Assembly (NCBI GenBank): GCA_036170245.1
Contig: JAVHOV010000031.1
Location: 1 to 31,398, forward strand
Length of the DNA stretch: 31,398 nucleotides
Direction: 5' to 3'
From: an archaeon
Lineage (GTDB): Archaea > Iainarchaeota > Iainarchaeia > Iainarchaeales > JAAZKV01
Shown: positions 17,815 through 27,519 of the stretch, in pieces
Position numbering within the stretch: the first letter of the stretch is position 1
How the letters are laid out: each line of letters opens with the position of its first letter
Position numbers and translations under genes: made by a program
The notes under the pieces: model-generated
Databases searched by the model: none
Told to the model about the DNA's origin: nothing
The model's input: only the letters and a program-made list of their open reading frames with translations

Positions 17815-17822
17815 TTTATAAA
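17815..17822 (-). promoter_or_regulatory. TATA box of the leader-aroA'-aroB' transcript
   Basis: TTTATAAA ending 24 nt before the leader ATG, the same spacing as the leaderless LamG genes. Confidence 0.65.
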
Positions 17823-17933
17823 CTCTAACAAAATTTAAGTGTAACTATTTATACACATTAATTAAACCACACCAACCAGTAAAATTCGCCTTAAACACCC
17901 ATGTTTATAATCTTTTTTGTTTTACATATAATC

Positions 17934-18230
17934 ATGAAATCAGGAATATCATCATACTTTGATTCAGCTAAAAGAAGTTGCATGCTTTGCCACATTTACA
18001 GAAACTTAAAACCAAGCGTGGATCAAAAAGAAATGGCACTTACTTCAACACAAAGAGCATATGATGCATTAAGAGCTGCTTTTGAAACATTAAGAGCAGA
18101 AGATGCTGACGTTGATAAACTTGAAAAAGTTCGAGCAGCAAAAGTTTTTTGCCTTGATGCAATTGATGCTTGTAATTCTTGCGACAAACAAAGACCAAGA
18201 ATCAAAGAAATCTTTGTTGATATAAAGTAA
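17934..18230 (+). CDS. Small hypothetical protein with two CxxC motifs
   Basis: CMLCH and CNSC. ATG 17934 is preferred because TTTATAA at 17904-17910 gives leaderless spacing. Confidence 0.7.
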   Translation: MKSGISSYFDSAKRSCMLCHIYRNLKPSVDQKEMALTSTQRAYDALRAAFETLRAEDADVDKLEKVRAAKVFCLDAIDACNSCDKQRPRIKEIFVDIK

Positions 18231-18303
18231 AACTAATTCACCATTGTCCTTTTTTTAATTAACTTAATAAACTCAATCAGGCTAATTCTAGATAGGACTA
18301 ATT

Positions 18304-18969
18304 ATGTTAATCGCAGGAATTGATGAAGCTGGAAGAGGCCCTTGCTTTGGCCCAATGACTATTGGAATTGCAGTAATGGATAAGGAAAATGAAAAGCAAT
18401 TAAAAATTTTAGGGGTAAAGGATTCAAAATTACTTTTACCTGCAAAAAGAGAAGCACTAATCAAAGAAGTTGAAAGTCACTCAGTTGAAAGAAGAGTTTT
18501 AGTTATAGATCCAATTGAACTCAACGATTTAATGAGCCAATACTCACTAAATGAAATTGAGGCAATTAAAATTGCAAAATTATTAAACGAACTTGAAAGC
18601 AAAATTGATTTGGTTTACATTGATTCCCCTGATGCAGTTAAAGGAGCTTTTGAAACTAGAATTAGAAAATATTTGGATAAGAAACACGTAAAATTAAAAA
18701 TAATTGCAGAAAATAAAGCTGATACAAATTATGTTGTTGTTGGAGCAGCAAGTATCCTTGCAAAAGTTAAGAGAGATAATTTAGTTGAAAAACTTTGCGA
18801 GAAATTTGGTGACTTTGGTTCAGGATACCCTAGCGACCCAAAAACACAAAAATACTTAGCAGATTATGTTAAAGAAAACAAAAAATTGCCCCCATTCTCA
18901 AGAATATTTTGGAAAACTTGCACTAATGCACTTGGACTGGTTGGACAAAAAAAGTTAGAGAATTATTAA
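18304..18969 (+). CDS. rnhB: Ribonuclease HII
   Basis: GIDEAGRGP, VKDSK, AASILAKV, GSGYPSDP; C-terminal QKKLENY PIP-box-like. Confidence 0.95.
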   Translation: MLIAGIDEAGRGPCFGPMTIGIAVMDKENEKQLKILGVKDSKLLLPAKREALIKEVESHSVERRVLVIDPIELNDLMSQYSLNEIEAIKIAKLLNELESKIDLVYIDSPDAVKGAFETRIRKYLDKKHVKLKIIAENKADTNYVVVGAASILAKVKRDNLVEKLCEKFGDFGSGYPSDPKTQKYLADYVKENKKLPPFSRIFWKTCTNALGLVGQKKLENY

Positions 18970-19001
18970 TCACTAAAAAAATAAATAAGTTAAAAAAATA
19001 T

Positions 19002-19622
19002 TTATTGAACTTGTTCTTCAGCAACTTCTTCTTTATTTTCCATTATTTCATTTACTTCTTCATTCATAACTGATTTAGTTTCCTTTTGAGTAAGTATTAC
19101 TGGAGTATTTGATTCAGAAGCAACCCCCATGTTTGTTTCAGCTTTCTTCTTTGCTTTTCCAAAATCTTTTCCAAAATATTCAATAAATTTAGCAGTAGTG
19201 GTTAGTAAGAAAGTCCTTCCCTTAGCTTCTTTTTTAATAAAACCTTCATCAAGAAGTAACTTTAGGTGATCATAGGCCTTGTTGTTACGGTATTTTACAA
19301 CAACAGATTGAGAAATGGGTTGCTTGTATGCAATAAAAGCAAGAGTTTTCATTACCCCTCTATTAAACATAGAGTTTTGTGCAAAGTGTTGAACATAATC
19401 TTCATAATCTTCTTTTACTCTCATTTGGTAACCAACAGGAAGCTCAACAACTTCAAGAGCACTTTTTCTTGTAGAATAAAAACTGATTAATTCAGTCATC
19501 ATTGCTTTAGTTTCAAGTCTTGATTGATTTTGTGCAATTGAATTAAGTTCATCAAGAGTAAGCGGTTTTGGACTCATAAATAAAGCAGCTTCCAAAATCT
19601 TTTCCTTTTCTAACCTATCCAT
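19002..19622 (-). CDS. scpB: Segregation and condensation protein ScpB
   Basis: LEAALF, TLAFIAYKQPI, TTAKFIEYFG. Start at 19622 or 19631. Confidence 0.9.
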   Translation of the reverse strand: MDRLEKEKILEAALFMSPKPLTLDELNSIAQNQSRLETKAMMTELISFYSTRKSALEVVELPVGYQMRVKEDYEDYVQHFAQNSMFNRGVMKTLAFIAYKQPISQSVVVKYRNNKAYDHLKLLLDEGFIKKEAKGRTFLLTTTAKFIEYFGKDFGKAKKKAETNMGVASESNTPVILTQKETKSVMNEEVNEIMENKEEVAEEQVQ

Positions 19623-19722
19623 AAAAAACACTTGCTTGAACTGAACTTAAGAGAGAATTAAAGTATTTAAAGATAGCTTCAGGTGAAAAAAAAGATGAAT
19701 AACTCAAAAGCAATTTTTAAAT

Positions 19723-22362
19723 TTACTCAATTATTAAAGCAGGTTTTCCAGGAAAAGCATTCTTTGCCTTAGGTTCAGTAGAATCTTCTGCTTTGATTAT
19801 TTCAATTAAACCAAATTCTTTTTCAAGCTCGGCTCTTGCTTCATTTAGAACTTGCACTTCATCAAACTTCTTTAAATCCATGAACTCAGGCAATCTATTA
19901 ATTGCGGTCTTTAAGAAAGGCTGAACATCAGCACCGTGCTTCTTCATCTCATTATTACCCATCAATGCTTTCATTGCAGCACCAAAATCAGGTTTATCTT
20001 TGCAAGCAACTTTAACAATCTCAAGAGCATCCCACTTCCAGCTAGGAGCAACAAACAATCTAACTTTCTTTATATTATCAATTTTTGCAAGTTCCTTAAC
20101 TCTAATAATATCAGTTCTTAGTGAAGCAATAATATCTTCAATCTTTTCCAAGTGATCATCAATCTTTGATTCATCAAACTTTGGCCAAGAAGATAATGAA
20201 ATTAATTTATCTTCGATTCGAGCGTGGTAAAGTTCTTCAGTAATATGAGGACAAATTGGATGGAACAATTTTATTAGTGCAGAAAGATTTTCTTTTGAAA
20301 TCTCTCCTTCAAGTGCAACTGAATCAAACAACGCTCTTAATTTTATTATTCCTGTATTATATTTGAAATTCTCAACGTCACTAGTAAATTCTTTTACAGT
20401 CCGATTCACTTTGCTTTCAAGCAATTTACTTGAAGAACCAATCTTTATTTCGCTTAATACAGAATAAAATCTTACAAGGAATTTGTGTGCTGATTCCATT
20501 CCTCTGTCAGACCAAACACTATCAGAATTTGGAGCAGAAAGTGACATTAAATTAAATCTTAGTGAATCCGCAGAGTGATTCTTTATCACATCAAGAGGAT
20601 TTACAACATTCCCTAAAGATTTAGACATTTTATTCCCATCAGCACCGTGAAGCATTCCTTGATTGAATAATTTTGTAAAAGGTTCATCAAAATTTAAATA
20701 TCCTAAATCTCTTAGAGCTTTTGTAAAAAATCTCGCATAAATTAAGTGCATACATGCATGTTCTGCTCCGCCAATGTACTGATCCACCGGAAGCCACTTC
20801 TCAACTAATTTCTTATCAAATGGCTCTTTGTCATTTTTGTTATCAGTATATCTCAAATAATACCAACTAGAATCAAAGAAAGTATCCATTGTATCCGTTT
20901 CCCTCTTTGCAGGTGAATTACATTTAGGGCACTTACAGTTAACAAATTCAGAATTTGTCTTTAGAGGATTTCCATCACCGAATTTTACATCATAAGGCAA
21001 CTTAATTGGTAAGTCCTTTTCAGACACCGGAACTAATCCGCATTTATCACAATAAATAAATGGAATTGGAGTTCCCCAATATCTTTGTCTTGAAATTAAC
21101 CAATCTCTTAACTTAAAATTAATTGTCTTCTTTCCTAATTTCTTTGAAGCTAAATATTCAGTAATTTTTTCAATTGCTTCAGTGTTCGCAAGTCCAGTAA
21201 ATTCTTTGGAATTAATTAGTAATCCATCTTCAGTGTAAGCTTTTTTCATTGTTGAAACATCAAGCAACGTAGAATTATTTTCTGGCTGAATTACAACCTT
21301 CATTGCAATATTATATTTTTTAGCAAATTCAAAATCTCTTTGATCATGAGTAGGAACAGCCATTACCATTCCACTACCATAATCAGCAACAACAAAGTTT
21401 CCTGCATACACTGGAACCTTCTCATTAGTCATTGGATTAATTGCGTAAGAACCAGTGAATACCCCTTCCTTATCTAATTCCTCAAATTCTTTTTCACTAA
21501 CTGATTTTACTTTCTTTAAAAATTCTTCAACAGCACTTTTTTGTTCTTTTGTAACAAGAGAAAATAATTTACTATGCTGTGCACTAACAACAACAAAAGT
21601 AACTCCAAAAATTGTGTCAGAGCGAGTAGTAAAAATCGGCCAAACACTATCATTTATTTTAAACTCAATTTCAGTACCATAACTTTTTCCAATCCAATTC
21701 TTCTGCATTGATTTAATTCTTTCAGGCCAATCTAAACCATCAACCATTTCAAGTAACTCTTCAGCATAATCAGTTGTTTTAATGAACCATTGTTCCAAAT
21801 GCTTTATTTCAACATCAGTGTCTTCGTGTCTCCAGCACTTACCATTGTGAACCTGTTCGTTTGCAAGAACGGTGTTACATTTGTTGCACCAATTAACTGC
21901 AGATTTTTTTCTATAAACTAATCCTTTCTCAAAGAATTTTAAAAAGAAGTACTGGTTCCACTTATAGTATTCAGGAACACATGTTTTTACTAATCTGTCC
22001 CAATCATAACTCAATCCTAAAGCTTTTTGTTGAGTAACAAAATTTTCAATAGAGTTTTTTGTGTAATCAGACGGGTGCTGGCCAGCTTTAATTGCAGCGT
22101 TTTCTGCAGGCAAGCCTAAAGCATCATACCCCATTGGATAAAGTACAGCGCAACCATTCATTCGCCTGTATCTTGCCTGAATATCCCCAATAGTATAATT
22201 CAAAGCGTGCCCCATATGTAAGCCTGCACCAGAAGGGTAAGGAAACATTTCAAGAACGTAAAAGTTATTCTCAGAATTTGATGGAACTACAAAAGCATTA
22301 GTCTTATCCCACTCATTTTGCCACTTTTTTTCAATTGCAGAGAAATTTACTTCAGTATCCAA
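19723..22362 (-). CDS. leuS: Leucine--tRNA ligase
   Basis: MFPYPSG, HMGH, DWLISRQRYWG, DTMDTF, KMSKS; C-terminal AFPGKPALIIE. Confidence 0.95.
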   Translation of the reverse strand: MDTEVNFSAIEKKWQNEWDKTNAFVVPSNSENNFYVLEMFPYPSGAGLHMGHALNYTIGDIQARYRRMNGCAVLYPMGYDALGLPAENAAIKAGQHPSDYTKNSIENFVTQQKALGLSYDWDRLVKTCVPEYYKWNQYFFLKFFEKGLVYRKKSAVNWCNKCNTVLANEQVHNGKCWRHEDTDVEIKHLEQWFIKTTDYAEELLEMVDGLDWPERIKSMQKNWIGKSYGTEIEFKINDSVWPIFTTRSDTIFGVTFVVVSAQHSKLFSLVTKEQKSAVEEFLKKVKSVSEKEFEELDKEGVFTGSYAINPMTNEKVPVYAGNFVVADYGSGMVMAVPTHDQRDFEFAKKYNIAMKVVIQPENNSTLLDVSTMKKAYTEDGLLINSKEFTGLANTEAIEKITEYLASKKLGKKTINFKLRDWLISRQRYWGTPIPFIYCDKCGLVPVSEKDLPIKLPYDVKFGDGNPLKTNSEFVNCKCPKCNSPAKRETDTMDTFFDSSWYYLRYTDNKNDKEPFDKKLVEKWLPVDQYIGGAEHACMHLIYARFFTKALRDLGYLNFDEPFTKLFNQGMLHGADGNKMSKSLGNVVNPLDVIKNHSADSLRFNLMSLSAPNSDSVWSDRGMESAHKFLVRFYSVLSEIKIGSSSKLLESKVNRTVKEFTSDVENFKYNTGIIKLRALFDSVALEGEISKENLSALIKLFHPICPHITEELYHARIEDKLISLSSWPKFDESKIDDHLEKIEDIIASLRTDIIRVKELAKIDNIKKVRLFVAPSWKWDALEIVKVACKDKPDFGAAMKALMGNNEMKKHGADVQPFLKTAINRLPEFMDLKKFDEVQVLNEARAELEKEFGLIEIIKAEDSTEPKAKNAFPGKPALIIE

Positions 22363-22564
22363 ATTATCACTAAATTAATCAGAATAGGAAACGCTTTTTA
22401 ATGTTGTATTATCTACCAAAAGACATTATTGCGGATGCCTTTTGATAGCATTATTAATCGGAAAAATCCTTGTATAATATTTTTCCAAACATAACTTTAA
22501 TTAAAAATTAATCCAAATCTCCAAAAAGAAAAACATATATACTAAAAATACTTAATTAAACAGT

Positions 22565-23533
22565 ATGGAAAACCCAATCCCAGGAATACTTTTTGCCCTA
22601 GCTTTTATGGTATCATTTGTAATGAGTGGTTACTTCTTTTCATTAACAAAAATTACGCTAGAATCATTTCTCACAATAAATATGATTTCACTAGTTAATT
22701 CAATAATGACAATGAATTTCTTGTTCTTTTGCATAAGTGCTTCAATAGGAATTGGAATTTTGATTAGCATTGGTTCTTTTTATGAATTAAAGAAAGCAAC
22801 TTTAATCAGCGCTCCAGCTTATGTTATTTCAGTAATAATAATTACTTTAGCATTCAATCTAACAACTTTCTTTACTCCTTTAATCTTAGGATTATTTGCA
22901 ATACCAATTTGTTACTTATCCATCCAAAAGGGAAGAGAAATGAAGGTATTTCCAATTATTAGAGCAGGGAGTTATGCTTCAAGCAAATTTATTATGATTG
23001 TTGGAGCAGCATTTTTCTTAGTCATATTAGTAAGTTCACTATCTCAAGCAAATTATTTACAAGATAATTTTATTCCAGAAATGCTTTCAGCAACAGTTGG
23101 AGGAGACAGTATAACGCTTAGCGATCAGTTAACTTTGCAACTTGCAAGTGCAATCTCTACTCAGCAAGTTAATACAATAGATTTGATGCTTGACCAAGCT
23201 GAAATGAAGAACTTAGTTAATTCGGGTTCAAATGATGCACTTATTTTCAATCAAAAGCTTTTGGCTTACAAAACTGTATACGCAGGAGATGAATTTAAGT
23301 CACAAGTTGCTACTCAATTAAAGAGCCAAAAAATTGATTTAGGAACTGAACTACTAAAAAAATTCCCAATTCTTAACACAATGGCGCAATATGCGTTCAT
23401 CATATACCCAGTTAGCGCATTTATTATGTTTATATTTATAGGAAATCTACTGATAAAAAATATGGCAGCAGTTATTTTTACTGCAATAGTGAAGTTCATC
23501 CCCAACATGGAAACCACCGAAAAGAAAGCATAA
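22565..23533 (+). CDS. Hypothetical multi-pass membrane protein
   Basis: About 6 hydrophobic segments flanking a soluble helical loop. Confidence 0.75.
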   Translation: MENPIPGILFALAFMVSFVMSGYFFSLTKITLESFLTINMISLVNSIMTMNFLFFCISASIGIGILISIGSFYELKKATLISAPAYVISVIIITLAFNLTTFFTPLILGLFAIPICYLSIQKGREMKVFPIIRAGSYASSKFIMIVGAAFFLVILVSSLSQANYLQDNFIPEMLSATVGGDSITLSDQLTLQLASAISTQQVNTIDLMLDQAEMKNLVNSGSNDALIFNQKLLAYKTVYAGDEFKSQVATQLKSQKIDLGTELLKKFPILNTMAQYAFIIYPVSAFIMFIFIGNLLIKNMAAVIFTAIVKFIPNMETTEKKA

Positions 23534-23564
23534 TAATTAAAACAACTAAATACAGGTAGTTAGT

Positions 23565-24161
23565 ATGGAAGGAAGAATTGTTCTTGATGACAAAAGTTTT
23601 AAAGCACTTTCAGCCGACTCAAGAATAAGCATCTTAAAGAGTTTAAATGAAAGAAGAAGAACATTAAGCGAACTTAGTCAAAAACTTGATTTAGGAAATT
23701 CTACTATTAAAGAGCACTGTGATATTTTGGTCAATGCAGAACTTATTAGACAGCTTGATGAAGGAAGAAAATGGAAGTACTACGAATTGACTCAAAAAGG
23801 AAAACAAATAATCTCCCCAAGTTTAATGGAAGAAGTAAAAGTACTAATTGTTCTGTGTTTGGGGGTATTTGCAATAGGCGGAATAATAATGATGCTTTCT
23901 TTAGGATTATTCCCACAAGGATTAATTTTCCAAGAAACCTCAAGTATAGATAGTGAATCTAGATTAATGACAGCTTCCCCAATGCTTGCAAAAACTACTA
24001 TTACTGCTGACCAAACAAATTTAGCAACTGGAACAGCAGAAGAAATGCCAATTAATGAACCTGGGGTTCAAAATGAAATTACTCAGGAATTCTACGCAAT
24101 GAGTGTATTACTCTCAATGGTAATGGGAGTAGTAATTGGATGGATTTTTTTAAGAAGATAA
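23565..24161 (+). CDS. ArsR-like winged-HTH regulator with two transmembrane helices
   Basis: FKALSADSRISILKSL...LSELSQKL...STIKEH...KWKYYELTQKG plus two hydrophobic segments. Confidence 0.85.
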   Translation: MEGRIVLDDKSFKALSADSRISILKSLNERRRTLSELSQKLDLGNSTIKEHCDILVNAELIRQLDEGRKWKYYELTQKGKQIISPSLMEEVKVLIVLCLGVFAIGGIIMMLSLGLFPQGLIFQETSSIDSESRLMTASPMLAKTTITADQTNLATGTAEEMPINEPGVQNEITQEFYAMSVLLSMVMGVVIGWIFLRR

Positions 24162-24180
24162 AAAAACTAATTAGGTTTTT

Positions 24181-24618
24181 TTAAAAAATCCACAAGATAA
24201 ACAAAATTAAAATAATTAATAGTTCAATCCCAATTAAAATCATTAATCCCCCGCCGAAGATTTCAATCAAACCGCCTTTGAAAGAAGCAGGAGGCTTTTC
24301 ATTAACAGCATCATCTAAATTAGCTTCTCTTTCTTTTTTGTCTTCTTCTGAAGAATTTGAAGTGGTAGTTGTAACGGTAGTTGTTTTTTCTACAACCATT
24401 GGCTGAGCAGAAACATCTTCAAGCATACGCTTTGAATAATTCTTTTTGCTCTTAGAAGATTTTTTATAAGCAAATTTCTTTGAGTTTTTCTTTATAGGAA
24501 CTTTCTTTACAGAACCTTTCTGCTTTTTTACAATAACTTCCTTTGAAGTACTATTTTTTTGACCAATTTCATCAGCAATTTTTGCTGCATCCAAAAATGA
24601 ATCTTTATTTGAAACCAT
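24181..24618 (-). CDS. Hypothetical Lys-rich protein with C-terminal membrane anchor
   Basis: ORF with a basic region and a terminal hydrophobic helix; TATA-like motif upstream. Confidence 0.65.
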   Translation of the reverse strand: MVSNKDSFLDAAKIADEIGQKNSTSKEVIVKKQKGSVKKVPIKKNSKKFAYKKSSKSKKNYSKRMLEDVSAQPMVVEKTTTVTTTTSNSSEEDKKEREANLDDAVNEKPPASFKGGLIEIFGGGLMILIGIELLIILILFILWIF

Positions 24619-24729
24619 ACAAGAATAAAGTTAGACTATATTAAATACTTTACTAAGGTTAAAGAAAATGAAAAAACTCATGAAAAGGAATATAAAACCC
24701 TTAGGTCTAATTTACTAAGGGTAGATGTA

Positions 24730-25641
24730 ATGACTGATTATGATGTTGCAATAATTGGAGCTGGACCAGCCGGACTAACTGCCGGACTTTATTGTGCACG
24801 TTACGGACTAAAAACTATTATAATTGAAAAAGGAATTATCGGCGGAACTGCATCTTGGGCAGGAAGCGTACAAAATTACCCCGGATTTATGGATATCAGC
24901 GGACTTGAGTTAATGATGAAATTTCAAGAACAAGCAGAGAAAGCAGGTGCAAAAATTGAACTTGATACAGTAGAGGAAATAAAAGATAACGGAAACGAAA
25001 AAGAAATTGTATTAAGTGGAAAAACACTAAAAGTAAATTCAGTTATTGTTTCAGTCGGAGCAAAAAGCAAATGGCTAAATGTTAAAGGAGAAAAACAGTA
25101 CCTAAACAAAGGAGTGCATTTTTGTGCAACTTGCGACGGACCAATGTACCAAGGAAAAAAAGTTTGTGTCATAGGTTCTGACAGCAGAGCTGCAGAAGAA
25201 GCAATATACCTTGCAGGGGTAACACAAGAAGTATTCTTACTAAGCCCAAAAAAGGAATTAAATGCAGATGCTGCAAAGCAAAATCAATTAAAAGAAAAGG
25301 GAGTTAAAATAAAAGTTGGTGTTAATATTACAGAATTTTTTGGAACACAGATGCTTGAAGGAATAAATTATAAGGATGAAACTGGAAAACTCAACACACT
25401 GAATGTTAACGGAGCATTTATTTTTGTAGGAACTGAACCAAATATTGAATTTGTCAATGTTAAAAAAGATGAAAATGGAAAAGTTATTGTTAACGAGCTA
25501 ATGGAAACTGATAAGAAAGGAATATTTGCATGCGGGGATTGCATAAAAAAAGAACTTAACCAAATAGCAACTTGTGTTGGAGAAGGAGCAATAGCTGCAC
25601 ACACTGCCGCAAGATACATTCAAAACAAAGATAGTCAATAA
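24730..25641 (+). CDS. trxB: Thioredoxin reductase
   Basis: GAGPAG, NYPGF, CATCDG, FACGD, GEGAIAA. Confidence 0.92.
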   Translation: MTDYDVAIIGAGPAGLTAGLYCARYGLKTIIIEKGIIGGTASWAGSVQNYPGFMDISGLELMMKFQEQAEKAGAKIELDTVEEIKDNGNEKEIVLSGKTLKVNSVIVSVGAKSKWLNVKGEKQYLNKGVHFCATCDGPMYQGKKVCVIGSDSRAAEEAIYLAGVTQEVFLLSPKKELNADAAKQNQLKEKGVKIKVGVNITEFFGTQMLEGINYKDETGKLNTLNVNGAFIFVGTEPNIEFVNVKKDENGKVIVNELMETDKKGIFACGDCIKKELNQIATCVGEGAIAAHTAARYIQNKDSQ

Positions 25642-25691
25642 AGCTAAGAAATTAATAATTCCAAATCAAAAAAATTCTAAATTAAATACAA

Positions 25692-26264
25692 CTAATTTCT
25701 TTTTGCAGTAAAATCCTTTAGTTTAGAATCATAATCGATCTCAATCCCTCTAAGTACTCTTTCAATTGGAGAAAATAATACTACTTCAACAATTTCCCCA
25801 GCATTACTTGCAGCAACTATAACATCCTCACCACTCATCTCATCAGAAGGTTCAAAATCAAACTCCCCGCCAAATGAATTGATTATTCTAATATATTTTT
25901 TGTTGAAATCTTTTTTTCGTTTAATTAACTCAAGGACTGCATTTTTGGTAAAAGCAATTTTTGGCATTTTTTCAAACTCGCTTACCCTTTTATTTGCAAC
26001 ATCAGCAAGTTCATCAATCTCTTTAGTACTCATACCATGCACAGTACACCCATCTTCCAAGCTTTCACTTACTGAAACATGACAACCAATACAATGAAGT
26101 CCTGATTGGGCCAGAACTGGAACAACTTCAGGATATTTTGAAACAATATCCCCAAGCAAATCAGTTCTTTTTATCAAACTCGTAGTTACCTTTGTAATTT
26201 TTGAAGAACTGCCTTTAACTGAAGTATTTTCATTGCTTTTTTTCAAAACTTTCTTTGCTACCAA
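25692..26264 (-). CDS. DUF1858 (hybrid-cluster-associated redox disulfide) domain protein with a degenerate HesB-like C-terminus
   Basis: KYPE...GLHCIGC...ESLEDGCTVHG. TTG 26264 with GTGGT SD is preferred over 26327. Confidence 0.75.
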   Translation of the reverse strand: MVAKKVLKKSNENTSVKGSSSKITKVTTSLIKRTDLLGDIVSKYPEVVPVLAQSGLHCIGCHVSVSESLEDGCTVHGMSTKEIDELADVANKRVSEFEKMPKIAFTKNAVLELIKRKKDFNKKYIRIINSFGGEFDFEPSDEMSGEDVIVAASNAGEIVEVVLFSPIERVLRGIEIDYDSKLKDFTAKRN

Positions 26265-26282
26265 AATATACCACAACCAATA

Positions 26283-26302
26283 CATGAAAACATGTTCATA
26301 TG
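26283..26302 (-). promoter_or_regulatory. Operator CATATGAA-N6-TTCATG immediately downstream of TATA
   Basis: Minus strand TATAAATA-CATATGAACATGTTTTCATG; 16/20 identical to the site at 30151. Confidence 0.65.
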
Positions 26303-26346
26303 TATTTATATTTATTCCTAAAAGCATTAAAAATCAGCAGAAACGT

Positions 26347-26451
26347 TCAATTAACTCCTATTTTTGGGCAAAGTTTCTTCTTATTCAAAAAACACCCGCC
26401 ACATTTAGGGTTTCTCGCAGTGCAAACACTTCTACCACAAGTTATGCTTAG
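26347..26451 (-). pseudogene. Orphan 3' fragment of an endonuclease III gene encoding the 4Fe-4S motif
   Basis: LSITCGRSVCTARNPKCGGCFLNKKKLCPKIGVN* (C-X6-C-X2-C-X7-C). An in-frame stop lies immediately upstream and there is no canonical start codon. Confidence 0.8.
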
Positions 26452-26505
26452 TCAATAGACATGAGTAACATAAATAGTTAAAAATTGTTTGGTTTATAAT
26501 AAAAT

Positions 26506-27519
26506 ATGCAAAATAAAAATATAACTTTAATTGATCTTTGTAAAGAATTAAGACATTTTCACGTAAAAATCAACCCACAATTTCTAAAAGATTTACTTGT
26601 TAAGGCTAGTAATGACCCTAATCCACACTCAAACAAAAAACTAATTAAATACTTAGGCATGAAACTAACAAAAAATACTAATACCTGCCTAACAATCTAT
26701 GGTTGGACAACAGGCAAAAGAACAATCCCTTTAGAAAAATTAATAAAGATAATAAAATTATCTAATCCTGATTGGAAAACTATAGAAACAAATATTATTT
26801 CAATAAAATCTGGAAGAAATGGTGGAGGCGAAATAAAACTAAATTTTCCCATCAAAATAGATAAAAAACTTGGCTCAATAGTGGGACACATATTAGGAGA
26901 TGGTTCAATTGACGCTAAATATCAACAAGTATTTTTCTCGAATTCAAACAAAGAACTATTAAAAGAGTTTAGAGATCACATGAAACTTATTTTTGGTGTT
27001 GACCCGAGAATTTGGATGCAAAAAGCACCTGATTTTGGCAACACCCAATGGGACAAACGAATTAATAACATAGATGAACTAATTGAAGGAAGGAGTTGTG
27101 GACTTTTTTATCCAAAAGCTTGTGGCCAAATTTTAAATTACATCTTTAAAGATTTTGTTAGAGGCCATAAGAAAAAAATTACTTCGCCAATAAAAACTAG
27201 TAGTAAAGAATTCAAAGAAGGACTAATACGTGCATTTTACGATGATGAATGCAGTGTGGGAAGATCATCACGAAGCATTCGTCTATTTCAAGATAATAAA
27301 GAAATATTGACTCAATTTAAAATTTTCTTAAAAGACTTTGATATCACAACTGGAGATATAAAAATTTATAGAAAAAATGGGAAAAATAGGCATTACTTTG
27401 ATATTTTCAGAAAAACAAATTTTATTAATTATAATAACAAAATAGGGTTTACTTCTTCGAAAAAAAACTTTTTACTTAATGAATTATGTCTAATTAAAAA
27501 TGTGAAAAATAGCAAATAA
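26506..27519 (+). CDS. Free-standing double-motif LAGLIDADG endonuclease-like protein
   Basis: SIVGHILGDGSI and GLIRAFYDDECSV motifs; N-terminal HTH-like segment; no intein splicing termini. Confidence 0.85.
   Translation: MQNKNITLIDLCKELRHFHVKINPQFLKDLLVKASNDPNPHSNKKLIKYLGMKLTKNTNTCLTIYGWTTGKRTIPLEKLIKIIKLSNPDWKTIETNIISIKSGRNGGGEIKLNFPIKIDKKLGSIVGHILGDGSIDAKYQQVFFSNSNKELLKEFRDHMKLIFGVDPRIWMQKAPDFGNTQWDKRINNIDELIEGRSCGLFYPKACGQILNYIFKDFVRGHKKKITSPIKTSSKEFKEGLIRAFYDDECSVGRSSRSIRLFQDNKEILTQFKIFLKDFDITTGDIKIYRKNGKNRHYFDIFRKTNFINYNNKIGFTSSKKNFLLNELCLIKNVKNSK

Noticed and set aside
17976..17993. CxxCH as a c-type heme site
   Set aside because: No signal peptide from the likely start, and a second CxxC suggests Zn or Fe binding instead.
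22363..22564. Leu-rich leader peptide upstream of leuS
   Set aside because: The only short ATG ORF found (MFGKILYKDFSD) has no Leu run.
26506..27519. Intein
   Set aside because: No N-terminal Cys/Ser block, no C-terminal HN, and no flanking extein frame.
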